64,000 nucleotides of DNA from the NCBI RefSeq assembly GCF_050320075.1, contig NZ_CP190021.1; one strand, 5' to 3'. Origin of the DNA: Escherichia coli (GTDB lineage Bacteria; Pseudomonadota; Gammaproteobacteria; Enterobacterales; Enterobacteriaceae). Below the pieces are notes generated by a model. The model was given only the letters and a program-made list of their open reading frames with translations. It searched no databases and was not told the origin of the DNA. The translations under genes and the position numbers were made by a program. Below are positions 28,275-38,759 of this stretch, piece after piece (position 1 is the first letter of the stretch; each line of letters begins with the position of its first letter).

Positions 28275-29075
28275 TCAATCAACGTATTCTTTTTTGATGA
28301 ATGAATCTGGTGTCAGAATCAGGGCAATCCCGTTCATTTTTTCACGCAGGGGCGAACGACCGGAAGGTGGATAGCGACGAAAAACGTCAGCGAAATCGGC
28401 CGGGCGGAAACTGCGGAATTTATCCTCAACCGCCAGTCTGTTTTGCATCAGTGCAGAGAGCGCTTCCCGTCCCCGCCGGACCCGGAACTTATCATTACTG
28501 AAAACTTCCTGTAATGAACGACGGTTAAGGGCCACGACCGTGGATGGATGAAGGTCGGGTAGCCACACCATAACGCCCTGTGCTGCGGCATAACCATTCA
28601 GTGAATGCCAGGCGTGGCAGAAAGCACATAAGCTGTAAGGCGGGCCGTCTTCATGAAACAGTTCCTGCTCTTTCTCTGACAACGACTCTGTACTGGTGAT
28701 TTCAGCTTTCTGTACATGGCGGAGTGAAAGACGTCTGGCAGACAGACGGGCCTGCTCAAGCGCCCGTTCAGCGGCTTTTACTGCCGTGTTGTACTTTTCC
28801 TTTTCGCCGGTTGCGACTGGTTCACCACGCTTTTTTAACTTATCCAGATGTTCTGTGGCCTTATTAAGACGAACTCGTGTGTCACTGATTGTGTCGGTAA
28901 GCTGTCTGAGTGGCCATGAGTCATCCAGTCTGAAACGGTGCCTGACGTTTTGCCGGCAGCAGATACATCGACCGGGCGTTGTTAATTCCGGTTCCGGTAA
29001 CAGTGGCTCCTGTGTATGAACCACATCAATTTCTGGAAAGGGATACAACCACAAGTCTTTAATGCTGTGTTGCAT
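28275..29075 (-). CDS. traT: TraT
   Basis: 266 aa, synteny. Confidence 0.65.
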   Translation of the reverse strand: MQHSIKDLWLYPFPEIDVVHTQEPLLPEPELTTPGRCICCRQNVRHRFRLDDSWPLRQLTDTISDTRVRLNKATEHLDKLKKRGEPVATGEKEKYNTAVKAAERALEQARLSARRLSLRHVQKAEITSTESLSEKEQELFHEDGPPYSLCAFCHAWHSLNGYAAAQGVMVWLPDLHPSTVVALNRRSLQEVFSNDKFRVRRGREALSALMQNRLAVEDKFRSFRPADFADVFRRYPPSGRSPLREKMNGIALILTPDSFIKKEYVD

Positions 29076-29247
29076 GAGCAGGCTCCGTACTGGTGTAACG
29101 TTTCACGGCTTCCAGAATGATGTTTGCGATTTCATCGGAACAGCATTCTGCAAAAATGAATTCCTGATCGTCCCGACTGTCGTGGGCAATCACATTGCCG
29201 TTTTCTGTTCGTCGTAACGTTATGTGCTCCGGGCTCCAGGCAGACAT
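29059..29247 (-). CDS. traS: TraS small protein
   Basis: 62 aa, coupled to traT. Confidence 0.5.
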   Translation of the reverse strand: MSAWSPEHITLRRTENGNVIAHDSRDDQEFIFAECCSDEIANIILEAVKRYTSTEPAHATQH

Positions 29248-29310
29248 ATGTGCCTCCTTGTATTGCCGAACAGGAAGGGCACCGGATAAATGCCAGTGCC
29301 CTGGACAGGA

Positions 29311-29715
29311 TTAGCCAATGGAAATTGAGGAAATCCCCAACTGTTTCTGGCTGCGACTCATCATTTCAGGTCCGGCGGCAAGTAGCGCCCCAATGACGAT
29401 AGATAGAATGCAACCAGCCAGTCCCATCCCCCCTTGTTTCCCAACTTTTTTCAGCCCAATCAGGCCCCCGAGAAACGCAATTACGCCGATGAACTGCGCA
29501 ATAGTCAGTGATGATGACTGTGCTGTTTTGGCACCTTGTTCGACATTGCGAACCATATCGGCAAGATCTCCATCGGCAAGAACGGCTTTGGGCAGCAACA
29601 TCATGGGAATGAGCAGCAGGAACTTAGTCAGTTTGCTCCGGCATGACATTACAAACAGTTGTGCGTGGATAAATGCGGCGTACAGACGGGCCGCTACGAC
29701 ACGAATACGTGACAT
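29311..29715 (-). CDS. traR: TraR membrane protein
   Basis: 134 aa, transmembrane helices. Confidence 0.65.
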   Translation of the reverse strand: MSRIRVVAARLYAAFIHAQLFVMSCRSKLTKFLLLIPMMLLPKAVLADGDLADMVRNVEQGAKTAQSSSLTIAQFIGVIAFLGGLIGLKKVGKQGGMGLAGCILSIVIGALLAAGPEMMSRSQKQLGISSISIG

Positions 29716-29765
29716 AGTTTCTCCTTAAATGGATATATCAGTGGTTTATATGAAGGTGAAAAAAA

Positions 29766-30293
29766 TCAGAAGACGATTCCAATGCTTGCCAGCAGGGCAT
29801 TGAGGACACGATCGATAAAGACCAGCAGGACGCCGGCAATAAATTTGACGTTTCCCTTACTGACGGATTCACTGGCACTCAGTGCGGTATGTCCATCGAG
29901 TCCGGCCTTGCGCCAGATGGATATCCCGTTCATTACAAATCCAACACCGGCCAGCTTGGCCAGCGACAGAACTGCATTTGCTGCGCCAGCAGCAGCGCCA
30001 AACGTCTGAGGTTGTACATATGCAATCGGGCCAAATGAGTCAGCCCTGAATCCCATTTGTACGCCTCCGGCGTTAATCATTGCCGGGAGTGATACGAGCA
30101 TGCAGCTGGTTAACATCCCCGCAATAAATTTTCCGGGAGACATTTTTACCGGACCGGCTGAACGGGCGCGGGCAAACAGGGTAATCATGCTGATCACCCC
30201 GATGAATTCTCCCCAGGTAAACAGGAAATCCATTCCGGCACTGAAAATACTGCTGGCAAAGTTCTCAATGGCGGTCAGGGCATCCATGTTCAT
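29766..30293 (-). CDS. traQ: TraQ membrane protein
   Basis: 175 aa, hydrophobic. Confidence 0.7.
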   Translation of the reverse strand: MNMDALTAIENFASSIFSAGMDFLFTWGEFIGVISMITLFARARSAGPVKMSPGKFIAGMLTSCMLVSLPAMINAGGVQMGFRADSFGPIAYVQPQTFGAAAGAANAVLSLAKLAGVGFVMNGISIWRKAGLDGHTALSASESVSKGNVKFIAGVLLVFIDRVLNALLASIGIVF

Positions 30294-30997
30294 CAGCGTA
30301 ACGTCCCTGCACTGGTGATGATGGTCCGGGTAGTCGGATCAATCCGCTGGATCACCACATTGCCCAGCGTCTGACCTTCTCTGACAGCCCAGGTACTACC
30401 CTGCCAGCGAATCCAGGCCATACCAGTTTCCATCGACATGATTTTCATTCCGTTAAGTACAGACGACGTTTTTTTCTTTGCTGGATGCGGTGTGGAAGAG
30501 GATTCAGTGACGCTTTTCTGTGTCATTATTCCGTTCAGGCGGCTCCGGATATCATCCAGCTGACGGCGTGTTTCCTGTGCGTATTCTTCATCCTTTTTTA
30601 TAGCTTCGCCCAGCTTGTTAATGCTGTCGTGAAGCATATTCAGTGTTGCCTGAATTTTTTCATCGCGGTTATCCAGCTCTGTTTTTACATCCCGGGCAAG
30701 CTGGCTCATATCTTCTCCTGTCCGGACAGTCATAGTCTCAGTGGACTGAACGGAAGGTGATGATTCTTGTGTGGTTTGCCAGGTCTGTACGCCAGCATCC
30801 GCATCATTAAACGGAGGCATGCCTGTTTCCGATGGCGCTCTCAGGAACAGATACCATATGGCTGCGAGCAACACGACTGCACATAGCCCCCATGTTGCTA
30901 CAGATATCCCCCAGACGGAACGTTTCCAGAAGGGGGCGGGTTTCTCTTCGGGTTCACCGAAGCTGCCGGTTTCATCTATTTCTGTTTCAGGTTTCAT
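30293..30997 (-). CDS. traP: TraP
   Basis: 234 aa, one transmembrane helix plus coiled-coil region. Confidence 0.7.
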   Translation of the reverse strand: MKPETEIDETGSFGEPEEKPAPFWKRSVWGISVATWGLCAVVLLAAIWYLFLRAPSETGMPPFNDADAGVQTWQTTQESSPSVQSTETMTVRTGEDMSQLARDVKTELDNRDEKIQATLNMLHDSINKLGEAIKKDEEYAQETRRQLDDIRSRLNGIMTQKSVTESSSTPHPAKKKTSSVLNGMKIMSMETGMAWIRWQGSTWAVREGQTLGNVVIQRIDPTTRTIITSAGTLR

Positions 30998-32286
30998 TAT
31001 GGTGTCTCCGGTTGTTCATCATACCGACGTTGCATCACAGCTTTTCTTTGCTCCATGGCTGTCTGCATTCGTGCCTGCGAGCGTTGTTCCGCCTGTGATG
31101 TACGATTAACTGAAGGGGAAATGCCACTGGAAAGGGAAGATGACCTGGCGTCGTTTGTCATTACCGGGTCAACAAACAGAATTGATACGACTTCATGCTG
31201 ATACACTTCTACCTGTTTATAGGGCTCACTTTCTGCCTGGCGGGTTAATATCTGACTTCCTCTTTCCGCCATACCACCGGCAATAACGCCCGCAACAGCT
31301 TCACCACTGGGCATTCCCACGCGTCCGGTAACCGTGCCATAGTTACCCTGAATAACCTGCGTGTTGGCATCTTTATAAAGTGTGCCAATACTGCCCACAC
31401 CTCCTAACACTGACGGCAGAATGATATGTTTAAACCAGCGTGTATTCACATTGCTGGCCACGGATGACATCAGGTTGTCTTCCCGTTGAGCATATGCATT
31501 GACCTTAAGGTCCATGCCGTTCCAGCTCATCCGGTCGAAATGGATCTCCACGCCGTTACCCACCAGTTTGACTCCCGGACTGAACAGCGTTGCCCCTGCC
31601 CAGGGGCCAGCGGGAATGGTTGCGATAACCTTGGATGACGGGTTATCAGAATCCACTGCAGTATCAATATATGCCGGTATACGGGTCAGGGCAGGTATCA
31701 GTTGTATCCCTTTTTCTGCTACAGGCGTGGACAGGCTGGCATTCTGTAATGCGAATTGCTGCGTACCATTCTGCCCTGTTGTTTCTGCCGGAGATTTATT
31801 CCACATAGTCGTTGCTATGGTTGGTGTACTACCGGCAGGATGCTGATCTTTTATTCTTACAATCAGCTTTTGCAGCCGTTCCATACGCTTTTCACTGGCT
31901 GCTCGATCCTCCTGTGGTGTGCCGGAAGCCTGGCGATAAGCATAGTTTTCCGGTTTTGCTGCAGGCTGTTGTTGCTTTTCCGGAGTGTCCGGAATATCAA
32001 GCCCCTGCGGAAGACTGGCAATGAACGTCTGATTATTGCGGGCTGCCGCCGCAGCCCCTCGTTCATTATCCGCTCTTAACAGTTCACGATAGTGAGGCGT
32101 TTCGGTAACGCTGCGCGTACCGCCACTTGCAGCACTGTTTATGTTCACGGCTGACTGCATATCGCTGTTACTCCCTGATACTTTGGAAAACGCGATATAG
32201 CTGCCGCCAAATAAGATGATGCTGCTCAGCCCAAGCAGGGCAGCCAGTTTCTTTCCGGATTTACCGGCATCCTGTTCAGCACTCAT
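30997..32286 (-). CDS. traO: TraO (DotG-like core component)
   Basis: 429 aa, synteny and size. Confidence 0.75.
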   Translation of the reverse strand: MSAEQDAGKSGKKLAALLGLSSIILFGGSYIAFSKVSGSNSDMQSAVNINSAASGGTRSVTETPHYRELLRADNERGAAAAARNNQTFIASLPQGLDIPDTPEKQQQPAAKPENYAYRQASGTPQEDRAASEKRMERLQKLIVRIKDQHPAGSTPTIATTMWNKSPAETTGQNGTQQFALQNASLSTPVAEKGIQLIPALTRIPAYIDTAVDSDNPSSKVIATIPAGPWAGATLFSPGVKLVGNGVEIHFDRMSWNGMDLKVNAYAQREDNLMSSVASNVNTRWFKHIILPSVLGGVGSIGTLYKDANTQVIQGNYGTVTGRVGMPSGEAVAGVIAGGMAERGSQILTRQAESEPYKQVEVYQHEVVSILFVDPVMTNDARSSSLSSGISPSVNRTSQAEQRSQARMQTAMEQRKAVMQRRYDEQPETP

Positions 32287-32288
32287 GA

Positions 32289-33272
32289 TTACTCCAGTTC
32301 TGGTGTCACGTGAACGGACTGGCCATTCACAGAGAAAGTCAGTAGTGGGGTGACGGGAAGCTTCCAGAGATGAGTTCCGTCGGCAGAGGACAAGGTCTGT
32401 TCAAATTCATCGCGCAATATCGCCCGGGAACGAACCAGAAGGTCATCGCCGTGTTGCCAGATCGTTGTATCCGGGACATTACCTGTGAATTTCAGCCTCT
32501 TAACTGAAGGGTCCCGGGGAGGAATACCATCCAGAAATGCCTGTAATGTTGCATCATGCAGGGCGATTTTATCCGTCGGGATGGAGACAACCGGGCTGGT
32601 TGGTCCCTGCCGTGGTATTCGCAGATCCAGACGACTGTCCATTTCCTGACTGGATGACGGCGTATCTGTTTCGCCACTGGTTACGTTCAGGATGACCGGT
32701 ACCGACAGACCTTTCAGGTAGACAGAAATGTTTCCGGATGCCCATGGCCGCAATGGTGTGATTGTCACCATGTTCTCGTTGTACTGCACATCAAAGAGTT
32801 TTGGTGCCGCGTTATAAGGAGGATCGGATTGTGGCCATGGTGAACCGTTGATATCGGTAAATGTCACTACGCTCAGGTTGTTCATGGCTGTGCGAACAAG
32901 AGGAAGGCTGGCACCGGGGGACAGATTAACTGTCAGAGAGCTGATACGGGGTACAACACTGGTGATGGGCGCATTGATGGCCCGCTCGTTATCCGCCATG
33001 AGACTGCGTAGTGAGCGAATCTCATCGGCGGAGAGCTCAGAATCAAGTCTTGCCGCATCCTGTACCAGCGGGCTGGCCTGCCCGGGGGCAGGCAGCTCAC
33101 CTTTTACCAGTGTTGCCGGAACACCTCCGGTGTTTTGGGAGGCGTTCTGAACGTGATCGCTGGCAGAATTTGTCGTTTGTGGTGTGCGTGCGTTCTGCCA
33201 TCCTGCGTTATCGGCAGACGTGGCGGCGCTGCACACCAGGAGCAGTGTGCTCAGTAAATAACGTGATTGCAT
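32289..33272 (-). CDS. traN: TraN periplasmic/outer-membrane component
   Basis: 327 aa with signal peptide. Confidence 0.75.
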   Translation of the reverse strand: MQSRYLLSTLLLVCSAATSADNAGWQNARTPQTTNSASDHVQNASQNTGGVPATLVKGELPAPGQASPLVQDAARLDSELSADEIRSLRSLMADNERAINAPITSVVPRISSLTVNLSPGASLPLVRTAMNNLSVVTFTDINGSPWPQSDPPYNAAPKLFDVQYNENMVTITPLRPWASGNISVYLKGLSVPVILNVTSGETDTPSSSQEMDSRLDLRIPRQGPTSPVVSIPTDKIALHDATLQAFLDGIPPRDPSVKRLKFTGNVPDTTIWQHGDDLLVRSRAILRDEFEQTLSSADGTHLWKLPVTPLLTFSVNGQSVHVTPELE

Positions 33273-33282
33273 ATTACTTATC

Positions 33283-33975
33283 TCAGGAGTTCGGTCCGGC
33301 GTTACGGGAGATCATCTGCCGGATTTCCATACCGGATGGTTTCAGTCTGGGGTCAACACGCTGGATGGTGATTTCGAAAACAAAAGACTGTTCTGGCTTG
33401 CTGGTTGTCTGGCCGACCAGACGCATACGGACAGGATACTGAAATGTCCAGAACCATACGCCGTCGGACATTTGTCCCTGTCGTACCAGAACGCCAGCGC
33501 CTGTCGTGGCGGTCAGATTCATCTTCTCTTTCTTGATCGTCTCCAGAATGTTAGATGCCTGTAATGCATTCACATATCCGGCAAAACCTTCGTCAGAAAA
33601 ACGCGGAGACAGGGAGGAAATCTGTGAACGATAGTGCACAAAATCCAGGTTGAATGCGGTCGCCAGTGCCTGGCTGCCAAAGGCCATTGCGTCATTCTGA
33701 CTCCATGCTGGCTGATTTGTTGGTGCCAGCCTGACCAGACGACCATTGTCTGTAGCGAAATATTCGCGCTCCACATTCGTTGAGTGCCAGTACTGAATGG
33801 CGTTGCCAGTAATACTGATAAGAAGACATGTGCCCGTACATAAAAGCGCTTTTATCAGCGCAGGGACATTATTTGCCCGCTGTTCTGACTGCTTCATAGC
33901 CCTGATTGTGCTCTTCAGTATTTCCGGGTCAGGTGCCGGATGTGATGGCGAGGATAGCTCGGTATTTTCGGTCAT
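33283..33975 (-). CDS. traM: TraM
   Basis: 230 aa, transmembrane helix, synteny. Confidence 0.7.
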   Translation of the reverse strand: MTENTELSSPSHPAPDPEILKSTIRAMKQSEQRANNVPALIKALLCTGTCLLISITGNAIQYWHSTNVEREYFATDNGRLVRLAPTNQPAWSQNDAMAFGSQALATAFNLDFVHYRSQISSLSPRFSDEGFAGYVNALQASNILETIKKEKMNLTATTGAGVLVRQGQMSDGVWFWTFQYPVRMRLVGQTTSKPEQSFVFEITIQRVDPRLKPSGMEIRQMISRNAGPNS

Positions 33976-34319
33976 AGGTTGTAGTCCTTCCAGGGATCAA
34001 TATTCCCCGGCAGCTTTTCATTCACCTTGTCCACGACCGCGTCGCAGACCTGGTTTTCCAGCTGCGACAGAATGTCGTCAAGGCTGGGGAACTGGGGGAG
34101 GTTTATGCTGATTTTTTTGATTCGTGACAGACAGGACTGCAGGGATGAGGAAACATCGTTTTCACGTTGTGACCATGCATCCGCAGCTGCACGTGCTCGC
34201 TCATATCCTGTATTACTACCGGCCTGTGCCGCGCTACCCGCACGACAGGTTGCAGCACTTGCCGTGGATGAAATCAGGATAAGGCCGAGCACGGCAACCA
34301 GAGACTTATGCATGTTCAT
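33972..34319 (-). CDS. traL: TraL periplasmic protein
   Basis: 115 aa with signal peptide, coupled to traM. Confidence 0.65.
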   Translation of the reverse strand: MNMHKSLVAVLGLILISSTASAATCRAGSAAQAGSNTGYERARAAADAWSQRENDVSSSLQSCLSRIKKISINLPQFPSLDDILSQLENQVCDAVVDKVNEKLPGNIDPWKDYNL

Positions 34320-34336
34320 ATGGCTTCCTTACCGGC

Positions 34337-37300
34337 TCATCGGCCGGGGCTGTGGGAGAGATCCTGATGCAGAGTTTTTTCCTGCCTGTCCTCCGGCTTT
34401 TGGCTGTTGGACCACTGCTGCCATGACTGCTCGAAGCCCAGGTTCCGGTACAACGCATCAGGTTGTTTTTCCGGCGTGTAGACAGCAGCAAAAAGCGGTT
34501 CTTCCCGGGTTTTCAGATGAAACTGCATAAGCTCCGGTGCGGGGCGATTCGTGCTGTCAGCATCGTGGTTTACCGCTTCACCATAACCTGCAAAGCGTAA
34601 ACCTTTGTCGGTCAGCGCATTGATAACCAACTGACTGTTGTCGGCCGATGGGGTGGCCAGTGCCGGATACAATGTGCCGTTCAGCCGGACCACACCCTGC
34701 AGATGTTCATCGGCACTCTGGACAAGTAGCAGGTTGAGTTCACGCGTATCCTTATCCACTGATCCCAGAACAGGTGTCAGCTTGTCAGGGGCTGCGCTGG
34801 TTATTTCTGTTACCTGATTTGCGTTCTGTGGCGCGGAGACCGGATGTCGGTCTTCACCGATAAACAGATGTGAGCCGACGTTTTCTGGCATACGTAACGC
34901 TTTCATCTCTTCGGGCCACCCCTGGCTGATTTGCGCAGCCACTTTCATAAAGGTTTCGACCGGAATCGCCTGAATACGCTGACCTTTATCCGGATTATCA
35001 TGTGATACCGAGATCCCGTTGGTAACTGACTCCATGGACCACTTATTCCGGAAACGTGCTTTTTGCTCACCAGGGAGAATGAATTGTTCGCGGTTCTGAA
35101 GTGTCAGTGTCACCACGTCACCTTTCTGATGGTTTTTGACCAGACTTTCCAGTTGTTCCCCCCAGTAGAGTTTGCTGCCACTGCGGTTTTTAAGCTCAAC
35201 AAAGAAACTCTCTCCTTTGCCGGGTGCATATTCAGCACGACCAAAATTGTGCAGTACGGCAGTCACGCTCTCTCCCGGGCGAAGTTTTCCTGGTGGTTCT
35301 TCACCTTGTGCCGCATCTGCCGTTTTGCCAGGTTCAGCCGGTGATGATGCAGGGACGGTGCTGACGGTTGATGCTTCAGGGGCAACTGGGGACGCCGGGG
35401 ATTGTGTGGCTTCTTTTTCCTGAACGGGGTCAGGGACAACCGGTTGTTCAGGGGTATTCCGGTTAAGTTCCGGCGTTGGCTGATGGGTGACAACAGCATC
35501 CTTACCGACAGCCATTTCCTTACGTAATGTATCGAGCTCCAGACGCTGATCAGCGTGTTTCATGCGCACATTGATGTTGTGCTCGATAATCAACCGCATC
35601 GCTTTTTGCTTAAAGGCATCACTGCCTGTCAGCTCAATGACGCCACCATAGAAATTAGTGGCCACAGCAAGTGCGGCCAGAACACTGCGATCGTCATTGC
35701 TGGCACCGTCGACCATTTCCAGCCGGTTTACCCGGTCAATGAAGGCTGGTTTGCCATCCAGCTTGTACAGGACGGTTCTGTCTGCTCGTTTTTCACCCTT
35801 CAGTGATTTTATGATTTCGTCCAGATTAAGCGATATCGGTGCATCAGGACGTTCCGGGGCGTAGACAATACTGTCAGGTGTCGGTGTGGTCGTCGTGGTT
35901 TCCGGTGAGGGCGTGGGATCACTGTTCTCATGTGCCTGTGAATCCGTTTTTTTACGCGTAAAAAAGCCACGCGCTTTGTCGAGAAACGATGAAGTATTAT
36001 CAGAAGGTGATGTGCTCTGAACAGGTTGCTGTGGATTGGGTTCATCCCGGACAGCCGGTTCTGCAGTATCTGTTGTGGCCTGAAGTTCTGACTCATCTGC
36101 CTGAACGTGGTCTGTGTCCGGTTGCGACGGCATATCACTGTTTTCCTGCAGATGCTCAGGATTTTCATTGTTCATCAGCTCCTGATATGCGCTGTAGTTT
36201 TCGTATTCTTCGGGGCCATCTGACTCAGGAAGGAACGGCTCTGGCTGAAGGGGAATGTCTTCAGTTACATGGCTGACCGCCTCTTCCCGGGGAGTATCCG
36301 GGGATATTCCGGTGCTTTGTTTGTCATCAGGCTCCGTCATCACGGTCATTTCCTCTTTGACTGCATCAGGGGAAGGTGATGGCTCGGCTGATTCATTCAT
36401 GGTTTCAGATGAGGGACTGTCTTCAGGGGATGCGGGGGCGGCAGCAGGGGCCGGTATTTCAGGTGAAGTGCCGGATTCCTGTTGTGACTCGTTTTTTTCC
36501 GGTTGTGACAGTTCGGCTTCAAATTCACGCCAGTCTTTATCTGTGGCCACCGAGACAACTTTTTCCGGAGGTTCCGCCGGATGAGCGGGTTCATCAGGGG
36601 CAGATGCCGTTGTACTTTCCGGGGACGCCGGTGATTCTGCAGGGGAGTCCTGAACTACAGAGCTTTCCGTTTGCGCCTGAACGTTATCAGCGTGCCGCTC
36701 ATCTTTGCCGTTATTTTCAGTGGCGTGACTGGTAAATGACTGTGTTTCGTCAGCAATGTTACTGCTGGAAGCAGCTGGTTGTTCCTGCTGCGTGGCGGAC
36801 GGCAGAGAAGGTCCCTGGTCATGGCTGTGCCCTGTATCGGGTGATGTTTCAGGATATTCTGTCGGAGTCATGGTTTTTTCCTCAGTGTGGACCGGTGTAA
36901 AAACGAGGTTGCCGATCACCAGTGCCTCGCGGATTTCCGGGGTGTTACTGTTGGGGGTGGAAACCCCGATGTGTTCTAACTGGGCGTTGATGACATGCTG
37001 AAAAGCGGCCCGTCCCCGGCTTGCGTCCAGGTCATTGAAATCGGTCAGCCCCTGCGCTTTTTCGGCATCGGTGAACGCAGGAAAGATGACCGTTCCTCCT
37101 GTCAGTTCTGCGGCTTTTGTTGCACTGACGATACCTTTGTTAACCCGGATTGCATGATCGTTGTCGGCACAGAAGATAAAGGGGCTTTGCGTCCACTTTT
37201 GCCGGGCATTTTCGGCAACGGCAATCATGTTGCCTCCATCCACCGTCATCAGTACCGGAAGGCCCGTGGCTTCGTGCAGGGAGGCCGCAGTGGCATAGCC

Positions 37301-38140
37301 CTCGGCAAACAGTACCGGCTGACCGTTGCGCGGTGTGCCCAGCGCAAACCAGTTACCGGTTTTCTCTGAATCTTTCAGGATGCGGGCATCCTTCCCCCCG
37401 GTGACCGGAATACGCTGGTAAGAGCGTATCGCGCCGTTACGGTTACTGAAGGGAATAACCAGTTCATTTTTGTTGTTTACCCGCACCCCCGGTGCAGCCT
37501 GAATGCCTTTCCGGGTCAGGTATTCATGTGCTGTGGCCTGCGGCCATTTGTTGACATAGCGGCGGGCATACGCGGCCTGTCGGTTGTACTGTGCTTTCAG
37601 TTCCCGCTCCGCGTCCTCCCTGCGTTGCATTGAATGCGCTTTCAGGTGGAGTCTTGCGCGGGGATCTGTCTGTTCTCCGCCGGAGAAGGTCCAGGTGATC
37701 GGCGAATCATCCGCGCTGCGATAATCCCTGTACCAGCCGGCAGGTCTGCCGTCCAGGAATCCGCGATATGCGCCACTTTTTTGTCCTTTTTTGTCATCGG
37801 CAGTCGGGACACGGTGGATTTTCCCGTCCATGACCGGCAGTTCTTTCAGAACCAGTCCGGCATTCTCCAGAACCTGGGCAAACTCGGTGACCGGATCACT
37901 GCCGTTCATGGAGACGTCCTGTGGCCGGGGCAGCCAGCGGTCCAGCCTGGACAGGTCCGCCCCCGGGCGGGCGAACCAGAGTTTGTGCTCCTTGTCCCAG
38001 ATGACGGGCGTGTGCCCGTTCATCGGGGGATGTGCTTTTTTGAGATCTTCTATTTCATCTGCAGGCACGGCAAGCCAGGTGCGGTAGCGGGATACAGACG
38101 GCATGAGTGCTTCTCCTGAAAAAAGACGGAAAAAAACCAC
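34337..38140 (-). CDS. sog: Sog DNA primase (SogL, 1267 aa) with Toprim primase domain and long acidic Pro/Ser/Thr/Glu-rich linker
   Basis: Primase motifs (LFAEGYATAASL, DGGNM, CADNDHA); about 450 aa of low-complexity acidic sequence; position between traL and traK. Confidence 0.9.
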   Translation of the reverse strand: MVFFRLFSGEALMPSVSRYRTWLAVPADEIEDLKKAHPPMNGHTPVIWDKEHKLWFARPGADLSRLDRWLPRPQDVSMNGSDPVTEFAQVLENAGLVLKELPVMDGKIHRVPTADDKKGQKSGAYRGFLDGRPAGWYRDYRSADDSPITWTFSGGEQTDPRARLHLKAHSMQRREDAERELKAQYNRQAAYARRYVNKWPQATAHEYLTRKGIQAAPGVRVNNKNELVIPFSNRNGAIRSYQRIPVTGGKDARILKDSEKTGNWFALGTPRNGQPVLFAEGYATAASLHEATGLPVLMTVDGGNMIAVAENARQKWTQSPFIFCADNDHAIRVNKGIVSATKAAELTGGTVIFPAFTDAEKAQGLTDFNDLDASRGRAAFQHVINAQLEHIGVSTPNSNTPEIREALVIGNLVFTPVHTEEKTMTPTEYPETSPDTGHSHDQGPSLPSATQQEQPAASSSNIADETQSFTSHATENNGKDERHADNVQAQTESSVVQDSPAESPASPESTTASAPDEPAHPAEPPEKVVSVATDKDWREFEAELSQPEKNESQQESGTSPEIPAPAAAPASPEDSPSSETMNESAEPSPSPDAVKEEMTVMTEPDDKQSTGISPDTPREEAVSHVTEDIPLQPEPFLPESDGPEEYENYSAYQELMNNENPEHLQENSDMPSQPDTDHVQADESELQATTDTAEPAVRDEPNPQQPVQSTSPSDNTSSFLDKARGFFTRKKTDSQAHENSDPTPSPETTTTTPTPDSIVYAPERPDAPISLNLDEIIKSLKGEKRADRTVLYKLDGKPAFIDRVNRLEMVDGASNDDRSVLAALAVATNFYGGVIELTGSDAFKQKAMRLIIEHNINVRMKHADQRLELDTLRKEMAVGKDAVVTHQPTPELNRNTPEQPVVPDPVQEKEATQSPASPVAPEASTVSTVPASSPAEPGKTADAAQGEEPPGKLRPGESVTAVLHNFGRAEYAPGKGESFFVELKNRSGSKLYWGEQLESLVKNHQKGDVVTLTLQNREQFILPGEQKARFRNKWSMESVTNGISVSHDNPDKGQRIQAIPVETFMKVAAQISQGWPEEMKALRMPENVGSHLFIGEDRHPVSAPQNANQVTEITSAAPDKLTPVLGSVDKDTRELNLLLVQSADEHLQGVVRLNGTLYPALATPSADNSQLVINALTDKGLRFAGYGEAVNHDADSTNRPAPELMQFHLKTREEPLFAAVYTPEKQPDALYRNLGFEQSWQQWSNSQKPEDRQEKTLHQDLSHSPGR

Positions 38141-38193
38141 CGCCGGAAGCCGGGGGTGGCTGGGGGGATAGAAAATCGGGGGAGAAATGTTTG

Positions 38194-38745
38194 TCAGGGT
38201 TTCCAGTCTGTACCCTTATTCCAGCGATCCTGCCAGTGTTCAAGATATTGTGCGGCTACATCCGGCATATTCTTGAGCACAACGACATTCTCTGAATTCT
38301 TGCGTGCAGCAGCACGAGAGAAGTTATAGGAGCCAGTTTCAACCGTGTTTCCGTCAACAATGATGACTTTGTCGTGATGGATGGGGAAGGCATCTACAGT
38401 CCGGAGAGGAATGTCCAGCAGGTTGATATATTTCATCGCTTCCTGACTTGCCCGGTTCGTATTCCCCTTGTCATCAACAACAATACGGACGTCCACTCCG
38501 CGTTTTTTCGCTTTTGCCAGCGCATGCATTACATCCGGGTCGGTGAAGGAATATGCCATCATCCTGATGGAGCTTTCCGCACTGTTGATTGTGTCAAGCA
38601 CCAGAGCGGATGCGCTTCCTTCAGGAGAAAAGCCGACCTTCACGGATGGCGTGTCGATCATTGCAAACGATGGTGTCGTGAACAGTAACGGGCATGCCAG
38701 TAGCGATACCCGGAGCAGAGTAACGATAGTTTTTTTACCTGACAT
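38194..38745 (-). CDS. nuc: phospholipase-D-family endonuclease (Nuc-like), secreted
   Basis: Start at internal ATG 38745 giving signal peptide MSGKKTIVTLLRVSLLACPLLFTTPSFA; HKD motif HHDKVIIVDG..GSYNFS. Confidence 0.8.
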   Translation of the reverse strand: MSGKKTIVTLLRVSLLACPLLFTTPSFAMIDTPSVKVGFSPEGSASALVLDTINSAESSIRMMAYSFTDPDVMHALAKAKKRGVDVRIVVDDKGNTNRASQEAMKYINLLDIPLRTVDAFPIHHDKVIIVDGNTVETGSYNFSRAAARKNSENVVVLKNMPDVAAQYLEHWQDRWNKGTDWKP

Positions 38746-38759
38746 AAAGACTCCAGAAT

